This document shows positions 1 through 8,983 of a stretch of 64,000 nucleotides of DNA, one piece after another. The notes beneath the pieces are model-generated. The model saw only the letters and a list, made by a program, of their open reading frames with translations. It was not told the DNA's origin and ran no database searches. This DNA is from Pseudomonadota bacterium (lineage in GTDB: Bacteria; Pseudomonadota; Alphaproteobacteria; Rickettsiales; UBA1997). Made by a program: the position numbers and the translations under genes. Positions within the stretch are counted from its first letter, which is position 1. The number at the start of each line of letters is the position of its first letter. Where the stretch lies: positions 7,595 to 71,594 of the forward strand of contig JAGWWH010000004.1 of the NCBI GenBank assembly GCA_018970485.1, written 5' to 3'.

Positions 1-533
1 ATCTGAGAAACAAGGTTGTGATGCGTGAGCTCAACTCCCTTGGGCATTCCGGTACTTCCTGAGGTATAAATTATCGTCGCCAAATCTTGTGGATCAGCAG
101 TAAAATTATATTTATCGATCACCTTTGCGCCCAGAGAAATCAAGTCTTCGAAGGAAATTATTTTTTTGTTTTCGACTATTTCGATTTCGCGTTTTTTGTT
201 AAAAATAAACTTCACTTGCGCATCAGAAATTTCGTAATCCAGATGTTCTTGCGAAATATTTTCAAAAATTGGAACCGTGACTGCGCCCGCTAAAATTGAG
301 CCTAGATCGACTATTAACCAAATTGGATTTTGGTAAGAATGGTTCGCTACAGCATCACCTTTTTGCAGACCAATTTCTTTCAACCCACAAGCAAAGTGGA
401 AAATTTTTTCTCTAAATTCTTGATTAGAAAATGAGCGTAACTCGCCATCATCTTTAAAATTCAGAGCTCGCGGATTATTGAAATTAGTCGCTTGGAACGA
501 AATTAATTCCAAGAGTGTAGAAAAATTTTTCAT
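1..533 (-). CDS. AMP-dependent synthetase/ligase (acyl-CoA synthetase-like), N-terminal part only. The gene runs off the left window edge.
   Basis: My own minus-strand translation from the ATG at 533-531 reads MKNFSTLLELISFQATNF...DLATIIYTSGSTGMPKGVELTHHNLVSQ. It contains the AMP-binding signature TSGSTGxPKG. The ORF is missing from the track because it is truncated. Its start overlaps the stop of the upstream gene (TGATG). Confidence 0.75.
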   Translation of the reverse strand, partial: MKNFSTLLELISFQATNFNNPRALNFKDDGELRSFSNQEFREKIFHFACGLKEIGLQKGDAVANHSYQNPIWLIVDLGSILAGAVTVPIFENISQEHLDYEISDAQVKFIFNKKREIEIVENKKIISFEDLISLGAKVIDKYNFTADPQDLATIIYTSGSTGMPKGVELTHHNLVSQ

Positions 534-1651
534 CAAAAAAACTTACTCATTAGGTGCCACAAAGTCATAACTTTGCGATTAATCGTCTCGTGATTACGAA
601 CATATTCACGCACCATCAAATCAATGTGGGCTTGCTTTGCGAAGTAAAGACAAATGATCGGTAAGAACATCAGAGCAAAATAATTTGCGAGCCCGTCAAA
701 AAATCTGGCATGAATAATGGAGTCAGAAATTTTAATATTTTTAACTCTGTTGATGCGAGATTTTGTGCGAGGATGAGTTGAAAATAATGTAAAATAACCG
801 CTCTCACCAAGCATTGATAGAGCTAAAGCCATGTTTTGTCCGCCGAACGCTTTTGCAGATTGGTGATCGCAACGATATTCAACAAAACGCATAACTCCAC
901 GACGTAAAAATTCGTAAATATTGTAAACAATTAGGCGGTTAAAAGCGGTGATTAGGAAATTGAATAAGGAGTAAATCCAAGAAATAGCATTCACTGTTTG
1001 AGTGCCAATATAGGGAGTAAATCTCGCTAAACTCATGCCTAAAGAAAATAGGTAATGAAATATTTTGGAGATAAAGTTGGTAACTTTTTGATTCACGATA
1101 ATCAAAAAAGTTGGTAAAAAATCTTTGTTGATCAGATGCGACATCTCGTGACCGATAACGCTGCGCAGAGCGTAGAGAAAAATTTTTGGATCGGGCGAAG
1201 AAGCTAAGTAGTGATCGATCAATCCTCGCGTCAAAACAATAGCTTTAGTCCCTAAACTGCTGATTGCATAAGCATTTATTTCGTCGGATTTTTTAATGTA
1301 GAGTCGAACATTCCTTTCACCAAATTTGCTTTTCACCTGATTGAAGAGATCAGTAAGAAAATCATAATCTTTTACTTTTTCGTAAGGGGTGCAGCCCTTG
1401 AGAGAAGAGCGTACAGAGAAGCCAAAAAGGAAATCAAAAACCAGATAGATCAACATCAGAAAGCTGACTAAGAAAATAACAAAGCAGATAGAAAATTTGA
1501 TTCGTTGGTAAGTGTCGTAATCCACACTAACTAATCCGCTTTCGATCGAAATAAATGGAAGGGAAGCAGCAATGATTGGCGACACCAAAATCAATATGTT
1601 GAAAATGGTCAGTATGTAAACGAGCACCAAGCTGAATGGTTTTGCGAACAT
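533..1651 (-). CDS. M48 family zinc metallopeptidase (HtpX-like), membrane-bound
   Basis: 372-aa ORF with an HExxH motif (GHEMSHLINKD), the downstream M48-type motif FSTHPRTKSRI, and several hydrophobic helices. Confidence 0.8.
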   Translation of the reverse strand: MFAKPFSLVLVYILTIFNILILVSPIIAASLPFISIESGLVSVDYDTYQRIKFSICFVIFLVSFLMLIYLVFDFLFGFSVRSSLKGCTPYEKVKDYDFLTDLFNQVKSKFGERNVRLYIKKSDEINAYAISSLGTKAIVLTRGLIDHYLASSPDPKIFLYALRSVIGHEMSHLINKDFLPTFLIIVNQKVTNFISKIFHYLFSLGMSLARFTPYIGTQTVNAISWIYSLFNFLITAFNRLIVYNIYEFLRRGVMRFVEYRCDHQSAKAFGGQNMALALSMLGESGYFTLFSTHPRTKSRINRVKNIKISDSIIHARFFDGLANYFALMFLPIICLYFAKQAHIDLMVREYVRNHETINRKVMTLWHLMSKFF

Positions 1652-1791
1652 TTTTAATTTTTACTTAGAAGGTTTTTATTTTGCATAAGTCGCAAATGGC
1701 TAGGCACTGTAAAATGCCTACGTCATTTGTGATTTTAGATCTTTGATCTATCTTGATGGCCGAGTCTCAAATCTAAAATCCATAATCTAAA

Positions 1792-2616
1792 ATGCGCACT
1801 ATCCAAATTAAGGAGATCAAGATCGCCAACAATCTTCCTTTTACACTAATTGCAGGTCCATGCCAAACTGAATCTTTGGATCACTCACTGATGATGGCAG
1901 TAAATATCAAAAGAATTTGCGACAAACTTGGTATCAATTTTATCTACAAAGCTTCTTTCGATAAAGCCAATAGATCTAGTATTGGCGGCCAACGCGGCGC
2001 TGGTTTGGAAAAAACTTTACCGATCTTTGCTCAAATAAAAAAAGAATTTGGCTGCCCGATTTTAACCGATATTCACAACGAAGAGCATTGTCGAATTTTA
2101 GCAGAACGCGATGAAGTTGATGTTCTTCAAGTGCCGGCATTCCTATGTCGCCAGACTGATTTACTCGAAGCTGCCGCAAAAACTGGTAAGGTGATTAATA
2201 TCAAAAAAGGTCAATTCTTGGCACCTTGGGACGCGGCAAATATCGTTAAAAAAATGGATCACTTCGGAAATCAAAATGTGATGTTAACTGAACGCGGAGT
2301 AAGCTTCGGATATAACACTTTAGTTTCTGACATGCGCGCTTTACCAATCATGGCAAAAACCGGCTGCCCAGTTGTATTTGATGCAACTCACTCGGTTCAA
2401 CAACCTGGGGGCCTGGGCGGCGCAAGCGGTGGACAACGCGAATTTGTCGAAACTCTAGCTTCAGCTGCAGTTGCAGTTGGTGTCGCTGCGTTATTTACCG
2501 AAGTCCATCAAGACCCAGATAACGCACCATCTGACGGCCCTTGCATGCTAAGACTCGACAGCCTCGAAAAGACTTTAACTAAACTTAAAAGATTCGACGA
2601 AATCGCGAAGCTTTAA
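1792..2616 (+). CDS. kdsA: 3-deoxy-8-phosphooctulonate synthase (KDO-8-P synthase)
   Basis: 274 aa. Contains [24 protein letters not shown] and [11 protein letters not shown], all typical of KdsA. Confidence 0.95.
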   Translation: MRTIQIKEIKIANNLPFTLIAGPCQTESLDHSLMMAVNIKRICDKLGINFIYKASFDKANRSSIGGQRGAGLEKTLPIFAQIKKEFGCPILTDIHNEEHCRILAERDEVDVLQVPAFLCRQTDLLEAAAKTGKVINIKKGQFLAPWDAANIVKKMDHFGNQNVMLTERGVSFGYNTLVSDMRALPIMAKTGCPVVFDATHSVQQPGGLGGASGGQREFVETLASAAVAVGVAALFTEVHQDPDNAPSDGPCMLRLDSLEKTLTKLKRFDEIAKL

Positions 2617-2628
2617 AACTCTTGGCTC

Positions 2629-3309
2629 ATGCTTAAAAATCTTCCTCATCTCTTAGTCATCGACGACGATACTCGCCTGCGCACTTTGCTCGGGCGCTTT
2701 CTTGGTGAAAATAATTTTGAGGTTTCCCTGGCAAAAGACACGGTTGAAGGTCGTCAATTAATCGAAAGCACTAAATTCGATTTGCTTATTGTTGATGTAA
2801 TGATGCCTAACGAAGACGGCGTCAAATTCACATCTTCATTACGCCAAAGCTCTTCGGTTCCAATAATAATGCTAACTGCGCGCGGTGATTTTGATGATCG
2901 CATTAAAGGCCTTGAAGCCGGAGCTGATGATTATTTACCAAAACCTTTTGAACCAAAAGAGTTACTTCTTCGCATCAACAATATCCTCAAACGCTCCAGC
3001 GGAAAGCCTAAACTAGAAAATAACGGCATCTGCACTTTTGGTGATTTCACTTTCAGCTTTGCTGAATTGAGGCTGAAGAAAGCTGATCAAATTATTCACC
3101 TCACTGAAAGCGAAGCAAAAATTCTTAGCATTTTATGCTTCGAAAAAGGCACTCCGGTTGATCGCGAAAAACTTTCGTCACTTTGCAATGTTGATGATCG
3201 TAGTATCGACGTACAAATCACTCGTCTGCGCAAAAAAATCGAACTAAACCCGAAACAGCCTCATTACCTACAAACAGTTAGAAACCTAGGCTACGTAATT
3301 CGCGGTTAA
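2629..3309 (+). CDS. OmpR/PhoB-family DNA-binding response regulator. No histidine kinase gene is adjacent.
   Basis: Receiver domain (LLVIDDD...DLLIVDVMMP...KPF) followed by a winged-helix C-terminus (VDVQITRLRKKIE...LQTVRNLGY). Confidence 0.9.
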   Translation: MLKNLPHLLVIDDDTRLRTLLGRFLGENNFEVSLAKDTVEGRQLIESTKFDLLIVDVMMPNEDGVKFTSSLRQSSSVPIIMLTARGDFDDRIKGLEAGADDYLPKPFEPKELLLRINNILKRSSGKPKLENNGICTFGDFTFSFAELRLKKADQIIHLTESEAKILSILCFEKGTPVDREKLSSLCNVDDRSIDVQITRLRKKIELNPKQPHYLQTVRNLGYVIRG

Positions 3310-3329
3310 CAAACCCAAACTCTTTAAAC

Positions 3330-3749
3330 ATGATAACTTGCACTCGTCGCCTCGAATTTGATGCCGCGCATCGCATTCTAAATCACGAAAGCAAGTGTAA
3401 GTTTTTGCACGGTCATCGTTATGCTTTAGAAGTAAGTTTTGTTGCTGATGATTTAGATAATTTGGGTAGAGTAATTGATTTTGGAATCATCCGCGAATTG
3501 CTTGGGGCTTGGGTTGATGAACATCTTGATCACAACACAATTCTTTGCCGCAAAGATCAAAATCTCGGTGAAAAAATCACCGCCGAAACCGGACAAAAAA
3601 TTTATTATCTCGACGAAAATCCTACCGCTGAAAATATCGCCAAACATCTTCTAGAAGAAATTTGCCCAAAACTTTTCGCCAATAAAAACGTCAAATGCGT
3701 CGCACTAAAACTTTACGAAACGCCAAATTGCTACGTAGATGTTAAATAA
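3330..3749 (+). CDS. queD: 6-carboxy-5,6,7,8-tetrahydropterin synthase (6-pyruvoyl-tetrahydropterin synthase family)
   Basis: 139 aa. Contains FDAAHRILNHESKCKFLHGHRY and a C-terminal YETPNC, as in the QueD/PTPS family. Confidence 0.85.
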   Translation: MITCTRRLEFDAAHRILNHESKCKFLHGHRYALEVSFVADDLDNLGRVIDFGIIRELLGAWVDEHLDHNTILCRKDQNLGEKITAETGQKIYYLDENPTAENIAKHLLEEICPKLFANKNVKCVALKLYETPNCYVDVK

Positions 3750-4137
3750 ATTTTCTTACCGAATTTATTACGAAGATACCGATGCCGGCGGCGTGGTTTA
3801 TTACGCTAATTATTTAAAATTTTTTGAACGCGCCCGCACAGATTTCCTGCGAGCTCTTGGCATTTCACAATCAGATTTAGTGAATAAAGAAAACTTAGTT
3901 TTTGTCGTCAGAAAATGTGCAATCGAATATGTCTCACCGGCAAAGTTGGATGATGTTTTAGAAGTCTCGGTTGCAATAAAAAATATTTCCGCCGCATCAA
4001 TTTTAATGCAGCAAGAAGCAACAAAATCTGGAGTGACATCATCACGCCTCGAAGTAGAGATCGTCTGCGTTGATAGAGTCAGCTTCAAACCAAAAAAAAT
4101 CCCTCAAGAAATAAAATTACTTTTCGATGTTCGATAA
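3739..4137 (+). CDS. ybgC: Tol-Pal associated acyl-CoA thioesterase (4HBT/YbgC family)
   Basis: 132 aa. YRIYYEDTDAGGVVYYANYLKFFERARTDFLRALG is the classic YbgC N-terminus. Confidence 0.85.
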   Translation: MLNKFSYRIYYEDTDAGGVVYYANYLKFFERARTDFLRALGISQSDLVNKENLVFVVRKCAIEYVSPAKLDDVLEVSVAIKNISAASILMQQEATKSGVTSSRLEVEIVCVDRVSFKPKKIPQEIKLLFDVR

Positions 4138-5479
4138 TTTCTCCTCAAAAATTACCCAAATTTTTTCGCAAATTTCCGGAAAAAAATTCATCTCGGAAGA
4201 TGATCTAAACGCGACAATGCGCGAAGTTAGAATCGCACTTTTGGAAGCTGACGTTGCTCTACAAATCACTAAAGATTTCATCGAGCGTGTCAAAGCTGAA
4301 GCCGTCGGAAAGCGTGTGGTTAATAGCGTCGAGCCAGGGCAGATGATCATTAAAATTCTTCACGACGAGTTGGTAAAATTACTCGGCGGCGAAAAAAGTG
4401 AGATCAATTTTAACTCACGTCAGCCGGTAATAATTTTGATGGCCGGATTGCAAGGCGCCGGAAAAACAACTTCTTCCGGAAAGTTGGCGCTGCGTCTTAA
4501 AAATAAAAATCACAAAAAAGTTTTACTCGCCTCACTCGACACTTACAGACCAGCGGCGGCGGAACAATTAAGAATTTTATCAGAAAGAATTTCTGTTGAT
4601 TGCGCGACATTCGATGCAGAAAAAAAACCACTGCAACTCGCCATCGATGCGAAGAAAAAAGCAACCGAAGGTGGTTACGAAGTATTGATTCTAGACAGCG
4701 CAGGACGCACTTCGATCAATGAAGAAATGATGCACGAATTGGTTGATGTGGCAAAGGAAGTCGATCCTACAGAAATCCTACTCGTCGTTGATGCGATGAT
4801 CGGTCAAGATGCAGCAAATGTGGCAAAAAATTTCGGCGAAAGATTGGCTTTAACGGGAATTATCCTAACGCGTTTAGATGGTGATTCTCGAGGTGGCGCG
4901 GCGCTTACGATGAAAGCGGCAACTAACTGTCCGATCAAATTTATTGGCGTTGGTGAAAAGCTAGAAGAGTTCGAGGAATTCAATCCGGACCGCATTGCAT
5001 CACGTATCGTCGGCATGGGCGACGTTGTTTCTCTCGTCGAAAAAGCGCAGGAAATTTTCGACGCCAAAGAAATGGAGAAGGCGACAAAAAGAATGCAAAA
5101 AGGTCAGTTCGATTTTAACGATCTGCTTTCGCAAATTCGTAATATGAAAAAAATGGGCGGGCTGGGAAGCATCGTAAATCTTCTGCCGGGAGCCTCAAAG
5201 ATTAAGGAACATCTCGGAAAAATGTCGGGCTTCGAACAAGAAATAAAACGTCAGGAAGCGATTATTTTATCGATGAATAGAGCAGAAAGAAGTGATCCGG
5301 AACTTCTTAACTCTTCACGCAAACATAGAATTGCCAAAGGCGCTGGAACCACGATTCAAGAGGTTAATCGCCTGATGAAGAAATATAAACAGACACAAAA
5401 AATGATGAAAAAATTCGGCAAAATTGATCCGAAAAAAATGCAAGAAATGATTCAAAATGCCGGCGCTGAAGCAAACTAA
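4127..5479 (+). CDS. ffh: Signal recognition particle protein Ffh
   Basis: 450 aa. GTPase motifs GLQGAGKTT, DSAGR and TRLDGD, plus a Met-rich M domain. Confidence 0.97.
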   Translation: MFDNFSSKITQIFSQISGKKFISEDDLNATMREVRIALLEADVALQITKDFIERVKAEAVGKRVVNSVEPGQMIIKILHDELVKLLGGEKSEINFNSRQPVIILMAGLQGAGKTTSSGKLALRLKNKNHKKVLLASLDTYRPAAAEQLRILSERISVDCATFDAEKKPLQLAIDAKKKATEGGYEVLILDSAGRTSINEEMMHELVDVAKEVDPTEILLVVDAMIGQDAANVAKNFGERLALTGIILTRLDGDSRGGAALTMKAATNCPIKFIGVGEKLEEFEEFNPDRIASRIVGMGDVVSLVEKAQEIFDAKEMEKATKRMQKGQFDFNDLLSQIRNMKKMGGLGSIVNLLPGASKIKEHLGKMSGFEQEIKRQEAIILSMNRAERSDPELLNSSRKHRIAKGAGTTIQEVNRLMKKYKQTQKMMKKFGKIDPKKMQEMIQNAGAEAN

Positions 5480-5900
5480 AACACTGCCCTACTCTGCTCA
5501 AAAAATTTATGAGCTGGTGATGGATATTGAAAAATATCCCGAATTTTTGCCTTGGTGCAAACAGGCAAAAATCATTGAAAAAATTTCTGCAGAAAATTTA
5601 CGCGCTGATTTGTTGATTAATTTTAAGAACTTTTTTGAGAGATATCGTTCTGATGTGAAGCACCGAGAATCAAAGGCTGGTGAATATTTTGTTGATGTGA
5701 TCGCGATTGAAGGTCCTTTCAAAAAACTCGTAAATCAGTGGAAATTTCGCGATTTAGAAAATGGAAAATGTGAGGTGAATTTCTTCATCGAGTTTGAGTT
5801 TAACTCGATCTTTTTGACTAAAATAATCAGTCCAATTTTTGCAAAAGCGGCAGAAAAAATGATGGCGGCTTTTGAAGAAAGGGCGGGAAAACTTTATTAA
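5457..5900 (+). CDS. ratA: SRPBCC/START-domain protein of the RatA / COQ10 ubiquinone-binding family
   Basis: 147 aa. Contains LPYSAQKIYELVMDIEKYPEFLPWCK. It overlaps the ffh 3' end by 23 nt. Confidence 0.8.
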   Translation: MPALKQTKTLPYSAQKIYELVMDIEKYPEFLPWCKQAKIIEKISAENLRADLLINFKNFFERYRSDVKHRESKAGEYFVDVIAIEGPFKKLVNQWKFRDLENGKCEVNFFIEFEFNSIFLTKIISPIFAKAAEKMMAAFEERAGKLY

Positions 5901-5922
5901 TAATCTTAGGGAAATCTGGTTG

Positions 5923-5943
5923 CACCACACTTGATGTGTGGTG
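5923..5943. terminator. Hairpin CACCACAC-TTGAT-GTGTGGTG between the convergent ratA and tRNA-Lys genes. The right arm includes the tRNA 3' CACCA end.
   Basis: 8-bp perfect inverted repeat read directly from the sequence. There is no adjacent T-tract on either strand, so the terminator function is only presumed. Confidence 0.35.
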
Positions 5944-6014
5944 AGCACGGTTGGAATCGAACCAACGACAACCTCATTAAAAGTGAGGTGCTCTACCGAC
6001 TGAGCTACGTGCTC
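5939..6014 (-). tRNA. tRNA-Lys (anticodon UUU) with an encoded CCA end
   Basis: The reverse complement reads GAGCACG-TA-GCTC-AGTCGGTA-GAGC-A-CCTCA-CTTTTAA-TGAGG-TTGTC-GTTGG-TTCGATT-CCAAC-CGTGCTC-A-CCA. It has a 7-bp acceptor stem, D, anticodon and T arms, and a GTTCGATTCC T-loop. Confidence 0.95.
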
Positions 6015-6041
6015 CCAAGTCCTGGGGAAGCGAGGCGGCGC

Positions 6042-6069
6042 ATTAAAGGTACCGATGAAAATAAATCAA
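6042..6069 (-). promoter_or_regulatory. Candidate sigma70-type promoter for tRNA-Lys: TTGATT-N16-TTTAAT followed by the GC-rich discriminator GCGCCGCC
   Basis: Read on the minus strand. The -10 lies about 27 nt upstream of the mature tRNA 5' end. A GC-rich discriminator is typical of stable-RNA promoters. This is a pattern match only. Confidence 0.35.
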
Positions 6070-6145
6070 CAAATTTAGTAGAAATCTGCGAAAGCCCTTC
6101 CTATCTAGCTCGGCCCAGCTGTCAGAAAAAATTTCACTCAGAAAA

Positions 6146-6868
6146 ATGAATCAAAAAATTTTAATAATAATCCCAGCGCGCCTTGCCTCGACTCGCTTAC
6201 CAAACAAACCTCTCGCGGATATTTTGGGCAAAACAATGATTCAAAGAGTTTATGAGCAAGCTGTGGCTGCTGATTTGGGCGATGTTTTAATTGCTTGCGA
6301 TGGAGAAGAAATTGCCGAAGTAGCAAAAAAATTTGGCGCAAAATTTGTGATTACCGATCCAAATCTTCCCTCGGGAACAGATAGAGTTTATGCGGCTTGG
6401 CAAGCTCTTAATAAAGATTTTGAAGTGATCGTAAACCTACAGGGCGATCTACCAAATATTGATCCGAGCGTCATTCGCGCTGCTGCTGAGGCGGCCTTGA
6501 ACAGAGATTGTGATTTCGCGACCGTAGCTTCGAAAATTACTAATCCCGACGAGATCACCAACCCAAATGTTGTAAAAATTGCTCGCGCCGAAAATGGTCG
6601 AGCTCTTTATTTTTCACGCTCTGCGATTCCTCACGGCGAAGGAAATTTCCTTCATCACATCGGAATTTATGCTTACAAAAAATCTGCACTACAAAAGTTT
6701 GTGAAACTTGCGCCATCAGCGCTGGAAAAGCGCGAGAGCCTCGAACAACTTCGCGCTTTAGAAAATGACATGAAAATTATCGTCGAAATTGTTGATGCGC
6801 ATCCACTCTCTGTCGACACTCCAGAAGATCTTGTCGCAGTAACTAGAGAGATCGAAAAACAAAAATGA
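6146..6868 (+). CDS. kdsB: 3-deoxy-manno-octulosonate cytidylyltransferase (CMP-KDO synthetase)
   Basis: 240 aa. Contains IIIPARLASTRLPNKPLADILGKTMIQRVYE and VNLQGDLP. Confidence 0.95.
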   Translation: MNQKILIIIPARLASTRLPNKPLADILGKTMIQRVYEQAVAADLGDVLIACDGEEIAEVAKKFGAKFVITDPNLPSGTDRVYAAWQALNKDFEVIVNLQGDLPNIDPSVIRAAAEAALNRDCDFATVASKITNPDEITNPNVVKIARAENGRALYFSRSAIPHGEGNFLHHIGIYAYKKSALQKFVKLAPSALEKRESLEQLRALENDMKIIVEIVDAHPLSVDTPEDLVAVTREIEKQK

Positions 6869-7359
6869 GAAAAGGAAATATCAAACAGTTAGTGGGTTGG
6901 AAGGAGTGGTTTGAACTCCCTTGTTTAGGCCTTCCAGCCATTAAAGGAAAAATTGATACTGGAGCAAAAACCTCCTCGCTTCACGCCTTTAACATCGAAA
7001 GTTTTTATCTCGAAGATGTTGAGTATGTGAGGTTTGATATTCACCCTCTGCAAAAAAATAAAAGACTTGCTCAGCATTGCGTAGCAAGGGTTGTTGATCA
7101 TCGCATGGTTTCTGATTCTGGCGGAAAAAAGGAAAAAAGAATCGTGATTAAATCCGACTTAAGAATCGGAAAACATAAAGTCAGAATTGAATTAACCCTT
7201 GCCAATCGTGACTCCATGGCTTTTCGAATGCTGCTTGGACGTGAAGCGGTGAAACAAGGAAAAATGTTGGTTGATGTCTCAAAAGCCTTCGTTCAAGGCA
7301 CAAAAAAGAAGGGTGAAATCCTCAAACTCTACAACACAACAAAACCTTGCCATTTATGA
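6865..7359 (+). CDS. RimK-associated retropepsin-like peptidase ('ATP-dependent zinc protease' family, RimB-like)
   Basis: 164 aa. GWKEWFELPCLGLPAIKGKIDTGAKTSSLHA matches the family usually encoded next to rimK. Its start overlaps the kdsB stop and its end overlaps rimK. Confidence 0.75.
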   Translation: MRKGNIKQLVGWKEWFELPCLGLPAIKGKIDTGAKTSSLHAFNIESFYLEDVEYVRFDIHPLQKNKRLAQHCVARVVDHRMVSDSGGKKEKRIVIKSDLRIGKHKVRIELTLANRDSMAFRMLLGREAVKQGKMLVDVSKAFVQGTKKKGEILKLYNTTKPCHL

Positions 7360-8234
7360 AAATTATCCTCCTTGCCTCTAATCCAAAACTTTATTCTAAC
7401 CAACGCATTCTTGAGGCCGCAAAGGTTCGTGGACACGAAATTGAGTTTGCCAATGTTGGGGATTGTTACATCAAAATCGCCCCAGATGCCTGCGAAGTTT
7501 TTTCTGGTGATCGGATAAAATTAGAAAATATTGACTGTGTTATTCCTCGCTTGAAACCCTCGATGACTTTCTACGGAGCTTCAATTGTCCGTCAGTTTGA
7601 GGTGATGGGAATCAAATGCCTCAATGGCTCGCAAGAGATTACGAAATCACGCGATAAGCTGCATACTCTACAAATTCTTTCTCATCATGGGATGGGAGTT
7701 CCGGTTACTTCTTTTGCCAACTCATCTTATGAAACTACCGATCTGATTAAACTTGTTGGTGGCGCGCCTCTGGTCGTCAAATTACTTGAGGGAACAAAGG
7801 GTGTTGGAGTTGTGCTCGCCGAAACAACTAAAGCGGCAGAAAGTGTTGTTAACGCCTTTCGCAGCTTAAAGGCAGATGTCTTGGTTCAGCATTACATTAA
7901 GGAATCGAAAGGTTGTGATCTAAGATGTTTTGTGATTGGAGATGAGGTTGTGGCATCAATAGAAAGGATTGCTCAAGAAGGTGAATTCCGCGCTAATATT
8001 CACCTTGGAGCAACAGCAAGAGCCGTTGAAATTAGTGATGAAGAGAGATCTTTAGCGATCAAGGCTGCAAAAATTATTGGGCTCGAGGTTGCTGGAGTTG
8101 ACATGGTTCGCTCGAATTCCGGACCGAAACTTCTTGAAATCAATTCATCCCCAGGCCTTGAGGGTATTGAAGGAGCAACCGGTATTGATGTCGCGGGAAA
8201 AATGATCGAATACCTAGAGCTAAAAGGACATTAA
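7347..8234 (+). CDS. rimK: Ribosomal protein S6 L-glutamate ligase RimK (ATP-grasp)
   Basis: The N-terminus MKIILLASNPKLYSNQRILEAAKVRGHE and the ATP-grasp core (DLRCFVIGDEVVA, EINSSPGLEG). The likely true start is the ATG at 7356 (MKIILL). Confidence 0.92.
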   Translation: MPFMKIILLASNPKLYSNQRILEAAKVRGHEIEFANVGDCYIKIAPDACEVFSGDRIKLENIDCVIPRLKPSMTFYGASIVRQFEVMGIKCLNGSQEITKSRDKLHTLQILSHHGMGVPVTSFANSSYETTDLIKLVGGAPLVVKLLEGTKGVGVVLAETTKAAESVVNAFRSLKADVLVQHYIKESKGCDLRCFVIGDEVVASIERIAQEGEFRANIHLGATARAVEISDEERSLAIKAAKIIGLEVAGVDMVRSNSGPKLLEINSSPGLEGIEGATGIDVAGKMIEYLELKGH

Positions 8235-8921
8235 GTAACCAACTCGCATCGTTGAATAATCCGAATTGATCAAACCAATCTTGCCTGCGTATCTCTGCCA
8301 AGACAGTCGAATTGTGTCTTTTTCGTTAAGAATAATTTGAAACCCAGCTCCATAAAGACCAACGGTTTGATGACTTGTTTCATTTACAGCCGATCCACCT
8401 GCTGGCGTGTAAGTTAATCTTCCTCGCATATCTGCCACGCCACCTTCCGCAAAAATTTCAAAAAAATTCTCAATTACCGGAACGTAAAAAAGTGCCGAAA
8501 GATTGTATTGATCGAAACTAAACTGCGCTCGCTCTGACAAAGTTCCCATGCCCTGCAACTCAGAATTAACCAACTCGCTCTGCACCCAGTTCGCGTTAAA
8601 TCCTAAATGTTTGTGAACGCGGAAATTACCGCCAAGAGCGATATTTTGCAGATCTCCAACTTGGTGAAAAAGAGCTCCAGAAACTCTGAAACTTGAATTC
8701 GCGCCAGATCTAGAAATGCGCGGCGCATTATATTCAATCGAAAGTGCCGGCTTGAAAAAGAAGTCACCAAAAACAGATTTTTGCTCGATTTTAATATCGT
8801 GAATTGATGGTAAAGATCCCAGTTCTGATGAGGGATAATTTTGATAATTATCCTCATCCAAGCCTGCTGCCAAAGCTTGATTGCTGAGAAGAAAACAAAA
8901 TAAGAAAATTATTTTTTTCAT
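8220..8921 (-). CDS. Outer-membrane beta-barrel protein (OmpA-like/OmpW-like barrel family, otherwise uncharacterised)
   Basis: Signal peptide MKKIIFLFCFLLSNQALAA, an alternating amphipathic strand pattern, and a C-terminal ...RVGYLMSF with terminal Phe. Confidence 0.65.
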   Translation of the reverse strand: MKKIIFLFCFLLSNQALAAGLDEDNYQNYPSSELGSLPSIHDIKIEQKSVFGDFFFKPALSIEYNAPRISRSGANSSFRVSGALFHQVGDLQNIALGGNFRVHKHLGFNANWVQSELVNSELQGMGTLSERAQFSFDQYNLSALFYVPVIENFFEIFAEGGVADMRGRLTYTPAGGSAVNETSHQTVGLYGAGFQIILNEKDTIRLSWQRYAGKIGLINSDYSTMRVGYLMSF

Positions 8922-8983
8922 AAAAATATGTTTGGTTTGAGGACAAAACTAAACTCCGACAAGTTTTAAAATTTAATAAATTT

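Noticed and set aside
1695-1790. Small inverted repeats (TAGGCA-N8-TGCCTA and AGATC-TTT-GATCT) and the direct repeat AATCTAAAAT x2 in the divergent M48-peptidase/kdsA promoter region
   Set aside because: They are short and AT-rich, and are expected by chance in such sequence. With a single occurrence I cannot distinguish operator sites from noise.
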